DNA of 63,826 nucleotides, counting the filler, from Bigelowiella natans CCMP2755 (Eukaryota; Protista; Cercozoa): assembly GCA_000320545.1 (NCBI GenBank). It is 7 parts of 7 records of this genome, joined end to end, with 100 filler letters (N's around TTAATTAATTAA, not from the genome) between each part and the next. Parts side by side here need not be neighbours in the genome. Positions count along the whole stretch, not along the records: positions 8,759 to 22,114 come from ADNK01001540.1; positions 22,215 to 26,340 come from ADNK01000929.1; positions 26,441 to 45,672 come from ADNK01000688.1; 4 more parts are not named here. One strand, given 5' to 3'. The position numbers and the translations under genes were made by a program. Positions 14,784 through 28,560 of this stretch are shown here, in pieces. A model generated the notes under the pieces. It searched no databases. It saw nothing but the letters and a program-made list of their open reading frames with translations, and was not told the DNA's origin. Each line of letters starts with the position of its first letter. Positions within the stretch are counted from its first letter, which is position 1.

Positions 14784-15162
14784 TGATAACAAGAGTTATA
14801 GCAACCAAACGAACTATGGCCATTTCCAGCTGTATTTGGTTTTCCTCGTGCCTACCATCAAAACCCCCAACTTTCACTTCGGTGTCGCTGCGCTGTGCAC
14901 TGATATCGTAGTGCCGTTTTGGGGAGAGGGGGGTGGGGGGGGGTTGAGGGATGCATGACGTGCTGCCATGGCGTTCCTCCGTGCGCGCGAAAAGGAAAGA
15001 GACAAACAGAGTGATTGCACGTGTGCTCTCAGGCATCGTAAGGAGCTTCTGAACAGCAACATCGCTGACGACAACGAAGAGGCCTTTCAGCTGCAAGATG
15101 TCGATCTCGATGCTCTGTGGGATGACTTCGCTAAACGGGAAAAGCGGGAGGGACGCGAATAA
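11674..15162 (+). CDS. RIO2: RIO2-like atypical Ser/Thr kinase (about 10 exons), with probable N-terminal leader
   Basis: Spliced exons give SNWLLVSKIAASK-EFRNIRALYGCDFPVPQPIDHNR-HIVVMEY...LIHGDLNEFNL-...VIDFPQMIS-...LSRDVDCVVKFFKKRFG, matching RIO2 catalytic-loop and C-lobe motifs. Stop TAA at 15160-15162. Start at 11674 is inferred. Confidence 0.85.
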
Positions 15163-16110
15163 GTCGAAGCGCGCTGTCACCCATTTCGGCTAGTCGGATC
15201 ATGTGTTAGTATTCGCCTGCACTGATGCCAAACAAATCGTTCAGATCAAGTTGTTGCGTATCTCTTCGTCGTAGCGAATATGAATCGGTAGCAAATAAGT
15301 GAGTCACGTGGAGAATGCGTTCTATAGCGTATAGCTCAGTCGATCGCATTGGGCGCAGAGTATGGACTATCTAAGCTATGCACGACATGCGATGCAAGCA
15401 CCGTTGCAGTGTCATGTCTAGATGTGCTAAAACCAGCGCTGTGCTGTGACTCGCACAAGTCACAGATGGACAGTGTACACCGTGTGAAATGAAACTGCAA
15501 GACAGAAAGCTGCTATGCTAGGCCCAAAACTAGACAAAGAAGCAAGCATGCACGTGATATCATAATAATCTAGCTATGTCTGAGCAATGCAAGTGACGAT
15601 GGCTGCACATTCATTGTGGGCGGGTGCGCCCATCATGTGCATGCTATGCGATGCATCCACAATTGTGTCCTAGCATGTACGTTTGCATGATCGATTGATA
15701 AACGCGAATCAAATGTACTCACACGTGTGAAAAAGTCATCATAGTCCTCATGCATGACATGATGTTTAGCCCAGATGTACAATGACGAGCAACAAGAACA
15801 ATACAATATAGCTGCTACATGCAGCATGGCAGCTGCTCAGTTGAATCAAGTACCAATTAAATAATGCATCATATCGCCATGCAATATAACGGGTGTAGTT
15901 GAAGCAATCTAGAGATGATAATATCAAATTGAGTTTATACTAGCTGCAGGAAATAATAATATGCATCCATGTGCTTCTAGGAATAGGGATGGAGCACATG
16001 TTGTGCTACTATGGCCGTACAACCATCGTTGCCATCGCACAACTCCCGCATGCCGATGACCAGCATCAAATTCATTCATTTCAAAGCGGACGTCGTCGTC
16101 CGTGCGGTTT
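15163..16110. terminator. Palindrome-rich convergent intergenic zone (RIO2 / DnaJ)
   Basis: Dense CTAG, TGCA, CATG and AGCT words between two facing stop codons; terminator role is inferred. Confidence 0.4.
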
Positions 16111-17043
16111 TTATTTCGACGCGCGAGGGTTTGGTGCCGGCAAGCCCCTTGAGTGTCTAGACCCGCCGCCATTCCTCCCGGAGGAGATGGCATTTGAAGT
16201 TCTGCCGTTGAATTGGTAGCTGCGCTTGTTTTCCTCTATCCTTCCATTGGCGTGTTGGACGCGGGTTTGCTCCTGGGGTAGCACAAGTTGCACAGCAGCA
16301 AAATCGTCAGAAGGCGAAGAAATATATGAATAGGATTTATAATTCAAGCACACAGTTGTCTAATCCTTAAAGCTTCGAAAACACCAAAAAAAACTAGGAA
16401 GAATTCCACAACAACTGCAGCGAGCAGCAGCAGCATCGTGTGTGCCCCTCACTGCAGCTTTTTGTCTGCACTCACATCTTCATTATCATCGGAAATCGTT
16501 CGAATTGAAATGGTTTCCTTTCTACAGGACCTCAACTTTGCCGTTCCTGAGCACCTTCTTCGTGCTCTTGCTCTCAGTGACCCTTTGGCCATTCTTATCG
16601 ATGTACGTGGACGATGAGTACACTTGAGTGAAGCCGCTCATACCGCCGTTGCCCCCGCCCCCTCCGAACGAACTGAAATGTGAATCAAGACTGTTGATCC
16701 CCCCGCCAAATCCTGACGATTGGAAAAAGGAGGAGGAGGAGGAGCGGCGTTGTGATGACGAGGAGGAGGGCCCAAGCCCCCCAAAACCGCCGCCAAAGAA
16801 TCCGTCATCGTCGTCGAAGAAGCTGCTAGCGAAGCCCCCAAATCCTCTGAAAAAAGGGTCGTTTTGTCTTCTCCCTCCGCCTCGTGCTCCTCCTCCACGC
16901 TCCCGTCGCGCCCCGCCCCCGAAGGGGTCCATTCCGAAGTCCTTAAAGAACTCACGGAAAATATCCTCTGGGCTCCGAAATTCGAAATGCTGCCCGAATG
17001 CGCCGCTGCCACCTATACCTCCTCGGTCGTAATCCTGAATGTG

Positions 17044-17081
<38 letters not shown>

Positions 17082-17675
17082 GCTATATTAAGAGCGCGTC
17101 TTGCAGTGATGGTGGACGAGGAGGAGGAGGAGGTGGTGGTGTAAGACTAGGATTTCCTCTCGCTAGAAGAGGGGAGGAGGAGGTGGTGGTGTAAGACTAG
17201 GATTTCCTCTCGCTAGAAGAGGGGAGGAGGGAGAGAGTTTTAGACGGAATGAGAGAAAACTGAGTCGGGAGAGAAGGAAAGAGGACCCAAGCTTCTAAGG
17301 CATTGAAAATAATATGCCAACTCATACCCTGCGCTTCGTGGGGTCGCTAAGCACGTCGTACGCCTCGCTAATAGCCTTGAACTTTTCCTCTGCGATCTGA
17401 GAGAAAAGAAAGGAGTGAAGGAATCTTCGTAGAGGTATGCTTTCGAACTATAATCACCTTCTTATTTTTCGGATTTTTGTCTGGATGCCACTTCAACGCC
17501 AGCTTCCTGTAGGCACGCTTGATTTCAGCCGTCGATGCAGATTCGTCGACACCTTTCGAAAGGAAGAAGAATACATGCACATGTACATGAAGTAATCAAC
17601 GCCTCAACCATGCCCTCTGCTTTGATGAAAAGATGATGGCTTTCATGTACCCAAAATGTCGTAGTAGTCTGGCAT
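16111..17675 (-). CDS. Type II J-domain co-chaperone, DNAJB6/B8-like
   Basis: MPDYYDILG|[31 protein letters not shown]|[23 protein letters not shown]|DYDRGG...[14 protein letters not shown]-rich region, S/T-rich beta C-terminal domain ([29 protein letters not shown]). Confidence 0.93.
17125..17230. repeat. Perfect 50-bp tandem duplication in DnaJ intron
   Basis: GAGGAGGAGGTGGTGGTGTAAGACTAGGATTTCCTCTCGCTAGAAGAGGG occurs twice (GTAAGACTAG at 17141 and 17191). Confidence 0.95.
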
Positions 17676-18441
17676 ATTCGGATCTGAGTTCGATCTGCGA
17701 AGAGTGAAAATTGCTTCAATGCGGCCAAGAAGAAGGGTTTGTGTGTGATCCGAAAGGGAGCCATTAGTTACCTTGAAGCCGACCACGTAGAATGCGAGTT
17801 CTGCTTTGTTCCTTCACAACGACAAAGAAATGATACAAAGAATAGAAATAAACCCACGGCATCTAGTATTATTCGAAGCTTGCTCCGAGAGAATTCGAGA
17901 ATCAAGGAGCCGAGAAGGAGCTTCGAGAAAGAACTCCATGGAACTCCCAGCATCAGGACGAAATTGGATAGGGTTTTATTAGTAAGCAGCATAATCCCCG
18001 GCATTGCCGTCAGATTCCCTAAATTCTTAAACTCTATGCAAACATAAGTTCCGACTTGACTTTAAAATACAGACACATGGGTTTTATTGATAAAATCTAA
18101 GAAACGAAAGTTCAAGGCGGATTCGTAATATGCGACAATAAATATAAGGGATTTTGAAGGATACGACAACAGAATTAGGATCGGCAAGGTAGCGAAGCTC
18201 AGGCCGGCTCGGAAGCTTCTCTGCTTTACACAGCTTTGAGGTTTAGTCGAGGGTGAGGGGGTTGGGTGGGGGCGGGTAGGCGATAGAATTGCCATTGTTA
18301 CGTCTTCTAATGATTTTCTTCTTTACAACACAAATATCCCTTATTCGTTGGACCACTCCCCTCGAAAACCTCACTCCCTTCGTCCTGCACCTCTAAGCGC
18401 GCACATTGATTCTCTTTGGTTTTCAGCCACGTACGCCCACG

Positions 18442-19041
18442 ATGAGCGACGGAGGCAGGGAAGATGGAGCAAATAAGGAGACGAATAAGGACATAGATGG
18501 CGAGAGAGCAGAGGGGGAAAGTAAAAAGGAGATGGAGAACCCAGCAGACGACACCTCTCCCATTACAAGGGTAACTTGCATTCCGGAGAAACCCTGAGCC
18601 TCATCAATATTAACCTTACACAATATAACATTAAAATCATCTGTGATATTTGACCACTTCCCCCTATTTTTTCGTTGCTGCTAGCTTTTTATGGGGTGTT
18701 TTCACCGCTTTACTCTTCATCCCCTCTTCCTCCTAACACAGTCGCTGATGAGACTGATCCACAAAGAAAAGCGTGACGCGAGGCCCCTGGTTTCATGGAA
18801 TATCCCCTTCCATGAGAGGAAGGTCTCCTCGGCGCGTTCGACTCCCCGGAGGAAGAAACGTGCGAATGGAAGATCGGGGAAGTGAGTGAATTTCATTGTA
18901 CTTCGTCGCATGGAGAGAGACTTACCGGATGTGCATTGGCACCGTTTCGTCAAGAATAAGCTTATTTTGCTTATTGTGGAGAAGGGCAATCGTAGTAGTA
19001 TTCTATTGTGTGTGATGATGCTATGCGGCGCATCTTTAAAA

Positions 19042-19084
<43 letters not shown>

Positions 19085-20338
19085 GATGCAACAATGTTTT
19101 CTTTTACGTTGCCCCCCCCCCCTCCCTCTCCCCTATTCAACCAGGACGTCATCGCCGGCATCATCCGGTGCCGGGACGATTCTAAACTGGGCCGATGAAG
19201 TGGAGGGGGCTGAACGTCGCGCCACGATGCGAACATCGGACTCAGAGTAACGATATTGGAAAGCATAGAGTTGTTGTTTGTGTTGCATTCATGCATTGAA
19301 AAATGGGAATAAACATAATGCCCTCTCTTTCCCCCCCCCCCTCCCCTCTCCCCATGATGAAAGGTACTCAATCTTCAAGACCTCGAGTATCGACAGCAGT
19401 GATGACATGAACGACCTCAAGGTAAGCGAGCTTCGTTGGAAAGCGACACCACGACAGAGAGACACCGGGGGGGATATAAGGATACCGATAAGAATTGGGA
19501 GGCGGGGATGATCATCTTTCCAAATTGCCGGGCGCGCACACACACACACACACACACACGCCATCGTCGCGAATCAACCGAATCACCACAATCGCGAAAA
19601 CTAGTGTGTTCTCTTTTATTCAAAACCGCTCGAGCAGGTACGCCATCGGCGGCAAAGCAGTGCGACGTCTGACCAGAGCCTGCAGCTCCTTGACCTCACC
19701 CTCACAAGCAGCGACACGATCAAGATCATCCCGGAGAAAAGTAGCAGCAGCTCCGGCGGAAACAAGGCGAGCAGCAGCAGCAGCAGCAGCAGCAATAGAA
19801 AGAGCCTCGGCGGCGAGATCTCGGAAGGAGCGAGAATCGATGTCGTTGATAGAGTGAACGGTGTCGGTCCTGGGGGGGGGGGGGGACCGCCGATCATGGA
19901 TACTCCCACGGCGGCGGCGGCGATGGCGACGACTACTTCTACTACAGTGCAAGCTACAACGGCGCGGAAGAAGAGGAGCAATCTAACGCTAGACACGGGG
20001 TTGTGCTCTCAAAGCCCGAAGAGCTGCATGATGAAAGGTTTTCGCATCAGGCTGTTCTTGTTAATATGTATATATCTTATATGTAATAATGACGAGATAC
20101 TTCTACAACTACTACAACTACTACAACTACTACTACTACTAGTACCACTTCTTCTCATTCTTCTTCCTTTGCTGTGGTGGTACAGAGGAAGATAGGAGGA
20201 GCTCGGTGTCATCTACACCCTATTCAGCGACGCCACTAAGCGACACGAGTGCTCCTTCGAGAATGCTTTCGATCCGTACTGAAAACAATAATATGCATTG
20301 TTTTTGTTGTGATCACATATCATGTATACACGCACACG

Positions 20339-20382
<44 letters not shown>

Positions 20383-21193
20383 GTGTGTGTGTGTGTGTGT
20401 TATATTAATGCATTTTATGGCAAAATTTTAGTAGGGACAACTAATCGTGAGAATAGTTGTACAACTAATCATGAGATTAGTTGCTGGCCAGTCGCCAACC
20501 CTTTCAAGCCCGAGAGAGCGCCCCCACCTACACACACGCGCACGCATCTACGCACAAACAACAACAGACAGAAATAAGCTATTTCAGAATGATATCATCA
20601 TTTTCCTACTCCTCCTCCTCCTCCTCCTCCTCCTCCTCCTCCTCTCACTTTGCTTCAGGCACTCGAGGGAGCCGCACGGACAAAGATCGACGAGTGCGGC
20701 TATGGTGTTATCTCTTCGACAACCTCCAGAGAGCAACAGGTAGTGTCCCACCCCCACCAAATCAGCAGTATGTGTATATTGCCGAAGGGGGAAGGGGAAG
20801 GGGGAGGGGGGGGGGGAGGAGGTGTTGAAAAAACCAAGGACGCGCTATGATCATCTTGACTCGACGGTATATCCGTAATGAGATATGTCCCCTTCTTCTT
20901 CTTCTTCTTCTCTGCTACGTGTGTGCGTGTGTTGCTTGTGATTCGCTCCCCGGTCATCAGACGAGATATTCTCCTGGTGCGAGTGGGAGAACTCGATACG
21001 GCAATGCAAGGAGGTATTCTGCCGCTGCGTTGAAGCAATTGAGAGTCGTCGTAGTAGGACTAGTAGTAGGTATTGGTTAGTAATACGCTTAGGAAGAAGA
21101 GCTTATCATCATCATCATCATCATCATTATTATTATTATTACCATCGTCATGAACATCGTCCTCATCGTCCTCATCGCCCCCACCCCCAAACC

Positions 21194-21234
<41 letters not shown>

Positions 21235-22114
21235 TCCCTCCCACGCCAGGTGCTGCGTGTGCTAAAGCTAACGACGCTAGATATCGAGAAGCTAATCGAC
21301 CAGATCTCCATCGAGCGCTCCTCCCCCCACGTCGCGAGGGCCGACGAAAAGGTAGCGCGGGAGGAGAGAGGAGAGAGGAGAGGGGGGGGGGGAGGGATGG
21401 GTAGCTCTCCCATCTTCCCCTCCTTCAAGCACATGCACTTGCTTGTTTGTAAGCAATATTCCTTCATGAAATTGCAAGTTTCTTCCATTTGATATCAAGC
21501 AACATATGAATAGAATTCACGTGCTGCCAGAGGCGTAAGTTGGGAGGTTGTCGTACGCACCTCCCGCCCCTCCTCCTCTCGGGGAGAGCAGCACAGCAAC
21601 AGCGCGAATGATGGTAAGGAGGAGGAGGGGGAGGGCGCGCGGGGGGGGGAGGGGATGTAAGAGGGGGGCAGGAAGGAAGTTAGGATGGTGTTAATGCTGC
21701 GTGAGAATGTGCATAGAATTGCAAATTCAATGAGATTGGGAGGGGGGGTGGGCTAAACTACTCTCTCTCGAGCCGAATCTTCCTCGAATATGCTTGCAAC
21801 GCCTTCTCTTCAAACTAACAAACATCGTCGTTCCATCGCTGTGCCTCCCACCCTCTTCCCCTTCCCTCCTCCCCTTCCCTCCTCCTCCTTCTTCTTCTTC
21901 TTCTTCTTCTTCTTCTTCTTCCTCCTCCTCCCTATCAGATCGAAGGCCGTCCTCATCACATGGAGCTGCAAGCGTAGGTTCTCCGACCGATACAGCCCCC
22001 GCAACCGCCGAAGACGATTGCGACCCCTCCTCCTCGTCTCTGGGGACGGGGAGGGCGGCGGTTGTGGAGGGGGGGGGGGGACCGAAAGAGTCGCTGCAGC
22101 AGCAGCAGCAGCAA
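18442..22114 (+). CDS. SCAPER-like protein (SCAPER_N domain), 3'-truncated by linker
   Basis: Exons splice to DRRVRLWCYLFDNLQRAT|DEIFSWCEWENSIRQCKE|VLRVLKLTTLDIEKLIDQI...SWEV, matching SCAPER_N (RARYWAFLFDNLRRAVDEIY.TCE....VECKEVL...AWEV). Confidence 0.8.
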
Positions 22115-22214
22115 NNNNNNNNNNNNNNNNNNNNNNNNNNNNNNNNNNNNNNNNNNNNTTAATTAATTAANNNNNNNNNNNNNNNNNNNNNNNNNNNNNN
22201 NNNNNNNNNNNNNN
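22115..22214. other. Artificial contig linker
   Basis: N44-TTAATTAATTAA-N44. Confidence 0.97.
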
Positions 22215-22913
22215 TATATATATATATATATATATATATATACTATACTATACTGTAATAGCTTGCCGATGCAAGCAGCACACGCTCAGCTCTTCCCTAT
22301 CTAGCTATTCCAGCGACGAATTTACCTTCCGCCTTCTTCTTGCAGATGTATCTTTAAATAGCATCTATTCTTATATTACGTCGCTAGTTTCACATTGGTC
22401 TTATCATGCACATTGCATCGCAGCAGCAGGCGGCATCGTAGCTAGCTGACAATGATCAGTTTGAAACAATATAGTGAAACGCAATGCGACGCGCGCATGC
22501 AATGTAAGCAAGCTCACGGTGTATCGAGCGCAGTGTGTAACAGATCGATCGCATCGCTCACAACGTGCCGCAAACAGAGCCCAGCCAATCACATGTCTAT
22601 CATGCCATTATAATTAATAGCCGTCTTTGTCTTTGCTGATGCCTGCACAGCAGCGACCGAGCTACTAAAGCGTGCATGCGCACCCACTTGCTTACGCACA
22701 GTCCTGATGCGTGTTGTGTCGTAATTATCATCAACAACAACGGTACAATCACGTACAGCGGGAATAACTAGATAACACGTATGCAGCCCGCCTGGCCTTC
22801 ATTCGAATAAGAGCCCATGATGAAACACGCAGACAAACGTTAAGGGGAAAATGGGCAAAGCCGCGGCTAAATGCCGCGCGGTTCTGCGACGTTTCGTCGA
22901 GCAGCAATAGCAG

Positions 22914-23119
22914 CTATGCAGCTGTCATTTCATGCCAGGCATCCTGCACAAGGCTGTCAATTATCTCCTGTGATCTGCGACCCCATATCGGGTGAGGCTG
23001 TGCGAGGCACCTGCGTTTTTGTTCAGAATAAGCACGGAAAAGAAGCAGGATGGCCCATCACACAAATGACAGTCTCTGACCTAGTATTGTGAGGAATGTG
23101 ATGATATCTAAATGTATGT

Positions 23120-23158
<39 letters not shown>

Positions 23159-23680
23159 CATATTAACTGTTTTATTTTTTTTGTAAACGTATTTCTTCTC
23201 CAATATTATAACAAGATGCTCGCATGTTACTTACTCATCGGCGAGGCGATCTGCAGCTTTGTTGGAGGCAATTCCCTCCGCCTTGGACAGCGCCAGCACA
23301 CGCCCGACCGTCCTGTACACCCCGCTTTCCCATTCTATTGCGTGCAGGTAGGGCAACGTCATGGTGGATGAACGAGCTCGTTTGAGGGTAGGTGACAGGA
23401 TGAATCGACGGTGATGATGATGATGATGATGATGATGATGAGTAGGATTACGATGTTAATGATGACAATGGCGATGAAACCACAAGTGAAGTAACGATGA
23501 GAGACGAGGGGCACACAGTAAACAATCATCCCTCACATATCTAACAGACGGGGAGACCACGCACCGTTATCTAAATGCCGCAAGATGGCGGGATCTTTCA
23601 ATTCTTCCAAGCTTCCTACTCTCCCGTAGCTCTCATTCGCACAATTTACAATTCCTATATGAATGTACATTCCATCATCG

Positions 23681-23713
<33 letters not shown>

Positions 23714-24164
23714 GTTCCGCCAGCTGTATAATCGCCGTCTCCACCAGCGAGAGCAGCTGCAGGTAGCAGTGTCTCTACACCAGCTCATTGACACTTTCAC
23801 AAAAGGAAAATGACTGTCGTTTCTCGCTTATCCCCCGTTGGTTTTTTTTAATGGGGACTACAATCTGCCCGTGAATACTTCCCAGAGCATCATTATTTCC
23901 CCTTTCTTCTATTCATATTTATGCATTGCAGCTGGCGGAGCATTCATTCTCTCCGACCCATTCGATTGGCGACGTAGTCCGGCACATATACGATCTGCTT
24001 TGGTGGTGGTGGTGGTGGTGGTAGGGGAGGCATTTGTTCAGCATTTCTCCAAGATTAACACATACACTAGGAGCGCCGTCCGCCTTTTCACTCTCAATCG
24101 TTTTGAGTTGATGAAGAGGGGGTGAGCTTGGGGGACTTCTCGCAGGTGCCATTCGACAAGCACA

Positions 24165-24196
<32 letters not shown>

Positions 24197-24207
24197 TATA
24201 TATATTA

Positions 24208-24247
<40 letters not shown>

Positions 24248-24559
24248 TGAATATTTTCGAAAAAAAGGGCAGGATTCCCCCCCCTCCCCCCCCCCCCCCC
24301 CCCGGTCAAAGAGTAGTATGAATATACCAGTATACATAAACTACACTATCAAGCAGCGGCAGCTCATCAAAATCCATCACCTTGCGCTCTAACAGAAGTT
24401 CTCCATGCGTGTGAGGGTCTTGCAGCTGATTATTCGCTGATTGATGCACAATAATGGCAATGACGATGGATGGCAGTGGTAATGATGCCAGTTTGAGGCG
24501 ACAAGGAAGATAACGGCTAGCGGTCAAGATGTTTGCGTTTGCGCTTGCGTGAGAGCGAG

Positions 24560-24607
<48 letters not shown>

Positions 24608-25029
24608 TTCTCATGCAAAGCTAAAACACACCCAAGTGCCCATCATCATCATCACCATCATCATCAAGATTCCAATGCTTTATCATCTATCGATCCAAAC
24701 ACCTGCGCCGCAGACGATTTTGGCGTTGATTTTGGGAATTGAGGTCTCATTGAGTACAGCACCGTAAGCACACGGCGATAGGATATCGCACTCCTTTGAT
24801 GAGAGAAACATGTAAGGCAGCGAGTGATGAGGAGGAAGAAGAGGCAAACGGAGGGAGAGAAGGAGGGGGGGGAGGAGGAGGTGGCTGTGAATCAAATGCG
24901 TGCAAGCGAGAGCTCTAATGTGGTAATACGTCGGTTGGTGATTGTGCATGGGGATGCGTGCGTGCATGTGCATGTGCATGTGTGTGCATGTGTGTGTGTG
25001 TGTTTGTGTGCATGTGTGTGTGTGTAAGG

Positions 25030-25092
<63 letters not shown>

Positions 25093-25222
25093 ATCTTGAA
25101 ATTAATTCGAACGACACCTCTGCCCACAATTGCTCTTTGTCCTCGTCGCTCTTCAAGACGCGGAGCTCTACCTAAGAGAATATCAGTCAATGATGGCGAG
25201 GATGAGATGTTGATGAAGAAGA

Positions 25223-25259
<37 letters not shown>

Positions 25260-25375
25260 AACGATGATGATGACGATGATGCACTACCGCAGGCAGACAA
25301 ACAGCATATTTCTGATAGATAGACTATAGTAGTAGCAGTAGTAGTAGTAGTAGTAGCAGTAGTAGTAGTAGTAGC

Positions 25376-25409
<34 letters not shown>

Positions 25410-25965
25410 TTCTATGGGATGTATATTCGGACTACTTTCGGATTCAAACACTTCAAGAAATCGCTTTGCCACTTCGTTACATATAAAATGCATTTGTATA
25501 TATACATGTATAATATCGTGCTGTTTGGTGTACTCCTCTCCACCTGTGGAACGTCTTGGTAGTCGGCCTTTGCTTTCATAACGATCGATTCATCCACATC
25601 GCCTGGATTGAGCAAAACAGCAGCACAAAAACAAAAACAACAACAATAACAACAACGACGAAGACAATGGAGATGGCGACCTCAGCATGCATTGATCATA
25701 AATACATATACTGAATTGATGATGAGTCTTAGACGTAACAACAACAAACCTACCAGCGATGATAGAAGCGGCGCCTTTTTCCAGTAAATATCCGATCATA
25801 GGCCTTAGTAGAACAATAGATAATATTTGTACGTGTGCGCGCGCGCGCGCGTGTGTGTGTGTGGGTTGGCAAACCTTCCGACATTTCCTACTCCTTGGAT
25901 GACGATGGCTTTGCCCTTCAGCGTCCCCATGCCCTCTGCCGCTAGAGCTCCTTCCATCGCTCTAT
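22914..25965 (-). CDS. Glu/Leu/Phe/Val dehydrogenase (leucine-dehydrogenase-like), C-terminal half; 5' part lost at linker
   Basis: LKGKAIVIQGVGNVG Rossmann motif, ECDILSPCAYGAVLNETSIPKINAKIVCGA|ANNQL, and terminal exon QPHPIWGRRSQEIIDSLVQDAWHEMTAA* (stop at 22914-22916). Confidence 0.88.
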
Positions 25966-26340
25966 TCGCACATGCAATGCGGCGGAGAAGGGAGTGAGAA
26001 ACGACACGCGCACAGACAGACGGTTTTATAACACACATCCACGCATATGCTACGATTGAATAGGCGCCCAGGCTTCATTTAGAAGGCTTTCCGCCTCCCC
26101 CGCCCCCCCCCGCGGAGAGCGACAACAAGCCTCCATCGAAAATTTCGATCACGAGCGTAGAGGGATATTATTCTAAATTCTTTACCATCTGCGGAAGGCT
26201 GGCCCACGCGAGAAAATATTTATTTTTTTTCTGCAAATAACCTGTTTCATAATGGGGTTACACCGAAGAGAGAATATAAGGCTAACGTGTATAGCCTGGC
26301 TACGGCTACCATAAAAACAAAAGATACCATGGAACACTAC

Positions 26341-26440
26341 NNNNNNNNNNNNNNNNNNNNNNNNNNNNNNNNNNNNNNNNNNNNTTAATTAATTAANNNN
26401 NNNNNNNNNNNNNNNNNNNNNNNNNNNNNNNNNNNNNNNN
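26341..26440. other. Artificial contig linker
   Basis: N44-TTAATTAATTAA-N44. Confidence 0.97.
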
Positions 26441-26749
26441 CAGCACGATGCAAGACGCGCGCGAGAAAGCTAGAGTTCTATACAGCTAGAGAAAAGAGGT
26501 ATATGTATATATATACATATATATATATATCTCTATCTCTCTTCCCCTCTCCGAGAACCAAGCTCTCGTTCCCACGCCCTCATGCCAGCCAACTCCCGCG
26601 ACCTCCATCCACACACGCATGCGCGCATGCGCGCGCGTGTGAGCGCGCGATAGAGAGAGACACACACATACATGTAGGGGTAGACAGGCTCCTGAGCTTG
26701 TCCCTGCCTTGGGCTTATGTTTGCACAGACGCGCGCGCAAACCACACCC

Positions 26750-26851
<102 letters not shown>

Positions 26852-26888
26852 AATTGACTAGGCTGTTGTTCATTATCGTATATCGCAC

Positions 26889-27553
<665 letters not shown>

Positions 27554-27700
27554 TCTCTTCGTTGGCCTCGGCAGTGGCGAGTTTTGCTTCTATATTCTTC
27601 TTCTATTTGTGTCGCACGCCAAGTCCAGAAGAACCCAACATAAACTGAGCGAAAAATGCATTCTCAGCGAACTCCAGAGACACGCATGCATCGTGCTCGC

Positions 27701-27751
<51 letters not shown>

Positions 27752-28560
27752 TGCCATCGTCATTTCATTGCATCCTCTCGTCGGCACAACTCCATCAACT
27801 TTACGCGGGGAGGCCTAGGTTCATCAGCCCACCTTGTCAGTGCGGCTCCATTACAAAACCTCAAGCTTTTAGTCGCCGTCGTCCTGCAAAGGCAACAACA
27901 ACAACAAAACCCTTTATATGTTAAGCGTGAGTAAATACTGGATACACACTTATCCTAAAGTGAATCTCCATTGGTATCTCTCCTGCTCTCCCCATTACTC
28001 TCTCCCTCTCTCCCCTCCCCTATTAGTCACTCCCTCTCTCATAATCCAGTTCCGTCTCCCTCCCACGTTCTCTCTCCCCCCCCCGCCCCTCTTCCCCGTC
28101 CCTCACCTATCTGCCCCTTTCCCGCCAAGCAAGCTCCAAGCTCCAATCTGTGAGGAAAGCCGGTAGGAAAGAATTTAAGCGAAGAATAACCATCACCCGT
28201 GGGATCGACTGGCTGCTGTCAGGCCGTTTGGCCGTTTATCGGTCGCCGAACACTTGTTTTTGGATTCGATGTTAGAGCTGGTTTAGACTAACATTTTCGT
28301 GCTGAATTAACTAGTTAAAATATCGCTCGCACGATGTCGTCGCCCGTCAAGTCCCCTGCGCTTCCGGGCACGCGGCAGTCGATCTCGGGTGAAATAACAA
28401 GATAACTAGAATAAATGCAAGATAATTGCGGAACGCGTTGGGACTTTATTATCTACGACAATACCCCGATGTTGACGCATCGAATAAATGCCAGTATTAC
28501 ATCGGCCATGGTCCAAACGTCGTCGTCGGCAAGCTCATACGAGCACTCTTCCGAACTGCC

